Below are positions 5,225 to 5,352 of a stretch of 5,352 bases of DNA, in pieces (position 1 is the stretch's first letter; the number at the start of each line of letters is the position of its first letter). Position numbers and translations under genes: made by a program. Source of the stretch: a virus; the IMG/VR virus record IMGVR_UViG_3300020045_002924, positions 1 through 5,352 of that record; one strand, written 5' to 3'. The notes beneath the pieces are model-generated. The model saw nothing but the letters and a program-made list of their open reading frames with translations. It was not told the origin of the DNA and ran no database searches.

Positions 5225-5352
5225 ATTAGTACAGCAAATAGAGATAGAAAATTCTCCTTTTCACATGGTAAAAGAAGAAGGAAAACAGGGCTTTATAGCC
5301 CTTGGACAATATCGAGTAAGTGAAAATCTATTCGATAAAGTAGAAGAAGTAC
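5160..5352 (+). CDS. 5' portion of the junction-spanning hypothetical protein, ~91 aa from ATG 5160 or 84 aa from ATG 5181. It continues into 1..204 on the circle and is truncated here by the window end.
   Basis: The frame is open from 5139. ATGs lie at 5160 and 5181 (MESKKSIMLNSIGESTEVYSTELVQQIEIENSPFH...). It reads through the repeat boundary at 5231/5232 without a stop and terminates at TAA 202..204, overlapping the VP1 start. Confidence 0.55.
   Translation, partial: MESKKSIMLNSIGESTEVYSTELVQQIEIENSPFHMVKEEGKQGFIALGQYRVSENLFDKVEEV
5232..5352. repeat. Right copy of the exact 121-nt terminal redundancy (identical to 1..121)
   Basis: Direct comparison with 1..121 found no mismatches. Confidence 0.95.

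Noticed and set aside
1-5352. The 121-nt terminal direct repeats as LTRs, transposon ends or attL/attR of an integrated element
   Set aside because: The repeats sit exactly at the window ends, are perfectly identical and lie inside an uninterrupted ORF. There is no flanking host DNA and no integrase or transposase. The simplest reading is a circular contig overlap.
1-5352. CRISPR arrays, tRNA/rRNA genes, toxin-antitoxin or defence or anti-defence cassettes
   Set aside because: No spaced direct repeats, no cloverleaf-like or rRNA-like segments and no recognisable motifs of such systems were seen. The genome is almost fully occupied by the ORFs listed.

Overview
The window is one complete circular ssDNA phage genome of the family Microviridae. 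The first 121 nt (1..121) are repeated exactly at 5232..5352, so the unit length is 5231 nt and the repeat is a circular-assembly overlap. All credible genes are on the + strand, which is visibly A-rich and T-poor. They are: major capsid protein VP1/F-like (204..2159, 651 aa); a 105-aa acidic protein, possibly scaffold-like (2164..2481); the VP2 pilot/minor capsid protein (2566..3453); the VP4 HUH rolling-circle Rep with motifs YVTLTF, HMHGII and YIVKYINK (3594..4562); and an accessory module. The accessory module holds a 108-aa ORF with the LAS/M15 zinc-peptidase signature (S-x-H-x-x-G-x-A-x-D ... H-x-H) at 4606..4932. It is followed by three short overlapping ORFs below the ORF-track cutoff: a 34-aa single-TM peptide (4963..5067), a 57-aa ORF (5051..5224), and a ~91-aa ORF that crosses the circular junction (5160..5352, continuing into 1..204) and ends in a TAATG overlap with the VP1 start. 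The most interesting hypothesis is that the peptidase plus the mini-TM peptide form a holin/endolysin-type lysis cassette. That would be unusual in a phage family best known for single-gene, enzyme-free lysis. The large VP1, the A-rich Shine-Dalgarno-less leaders and the low GC suggest a Bacteroidetes-associated (Alpavirinae-like) microvirus, but this is inference only. GC-rich hairpins stand out in the VP2-Rep intergenic region. No tRNA, rRNA, CRISPR, integrase or transposase signal was seen.
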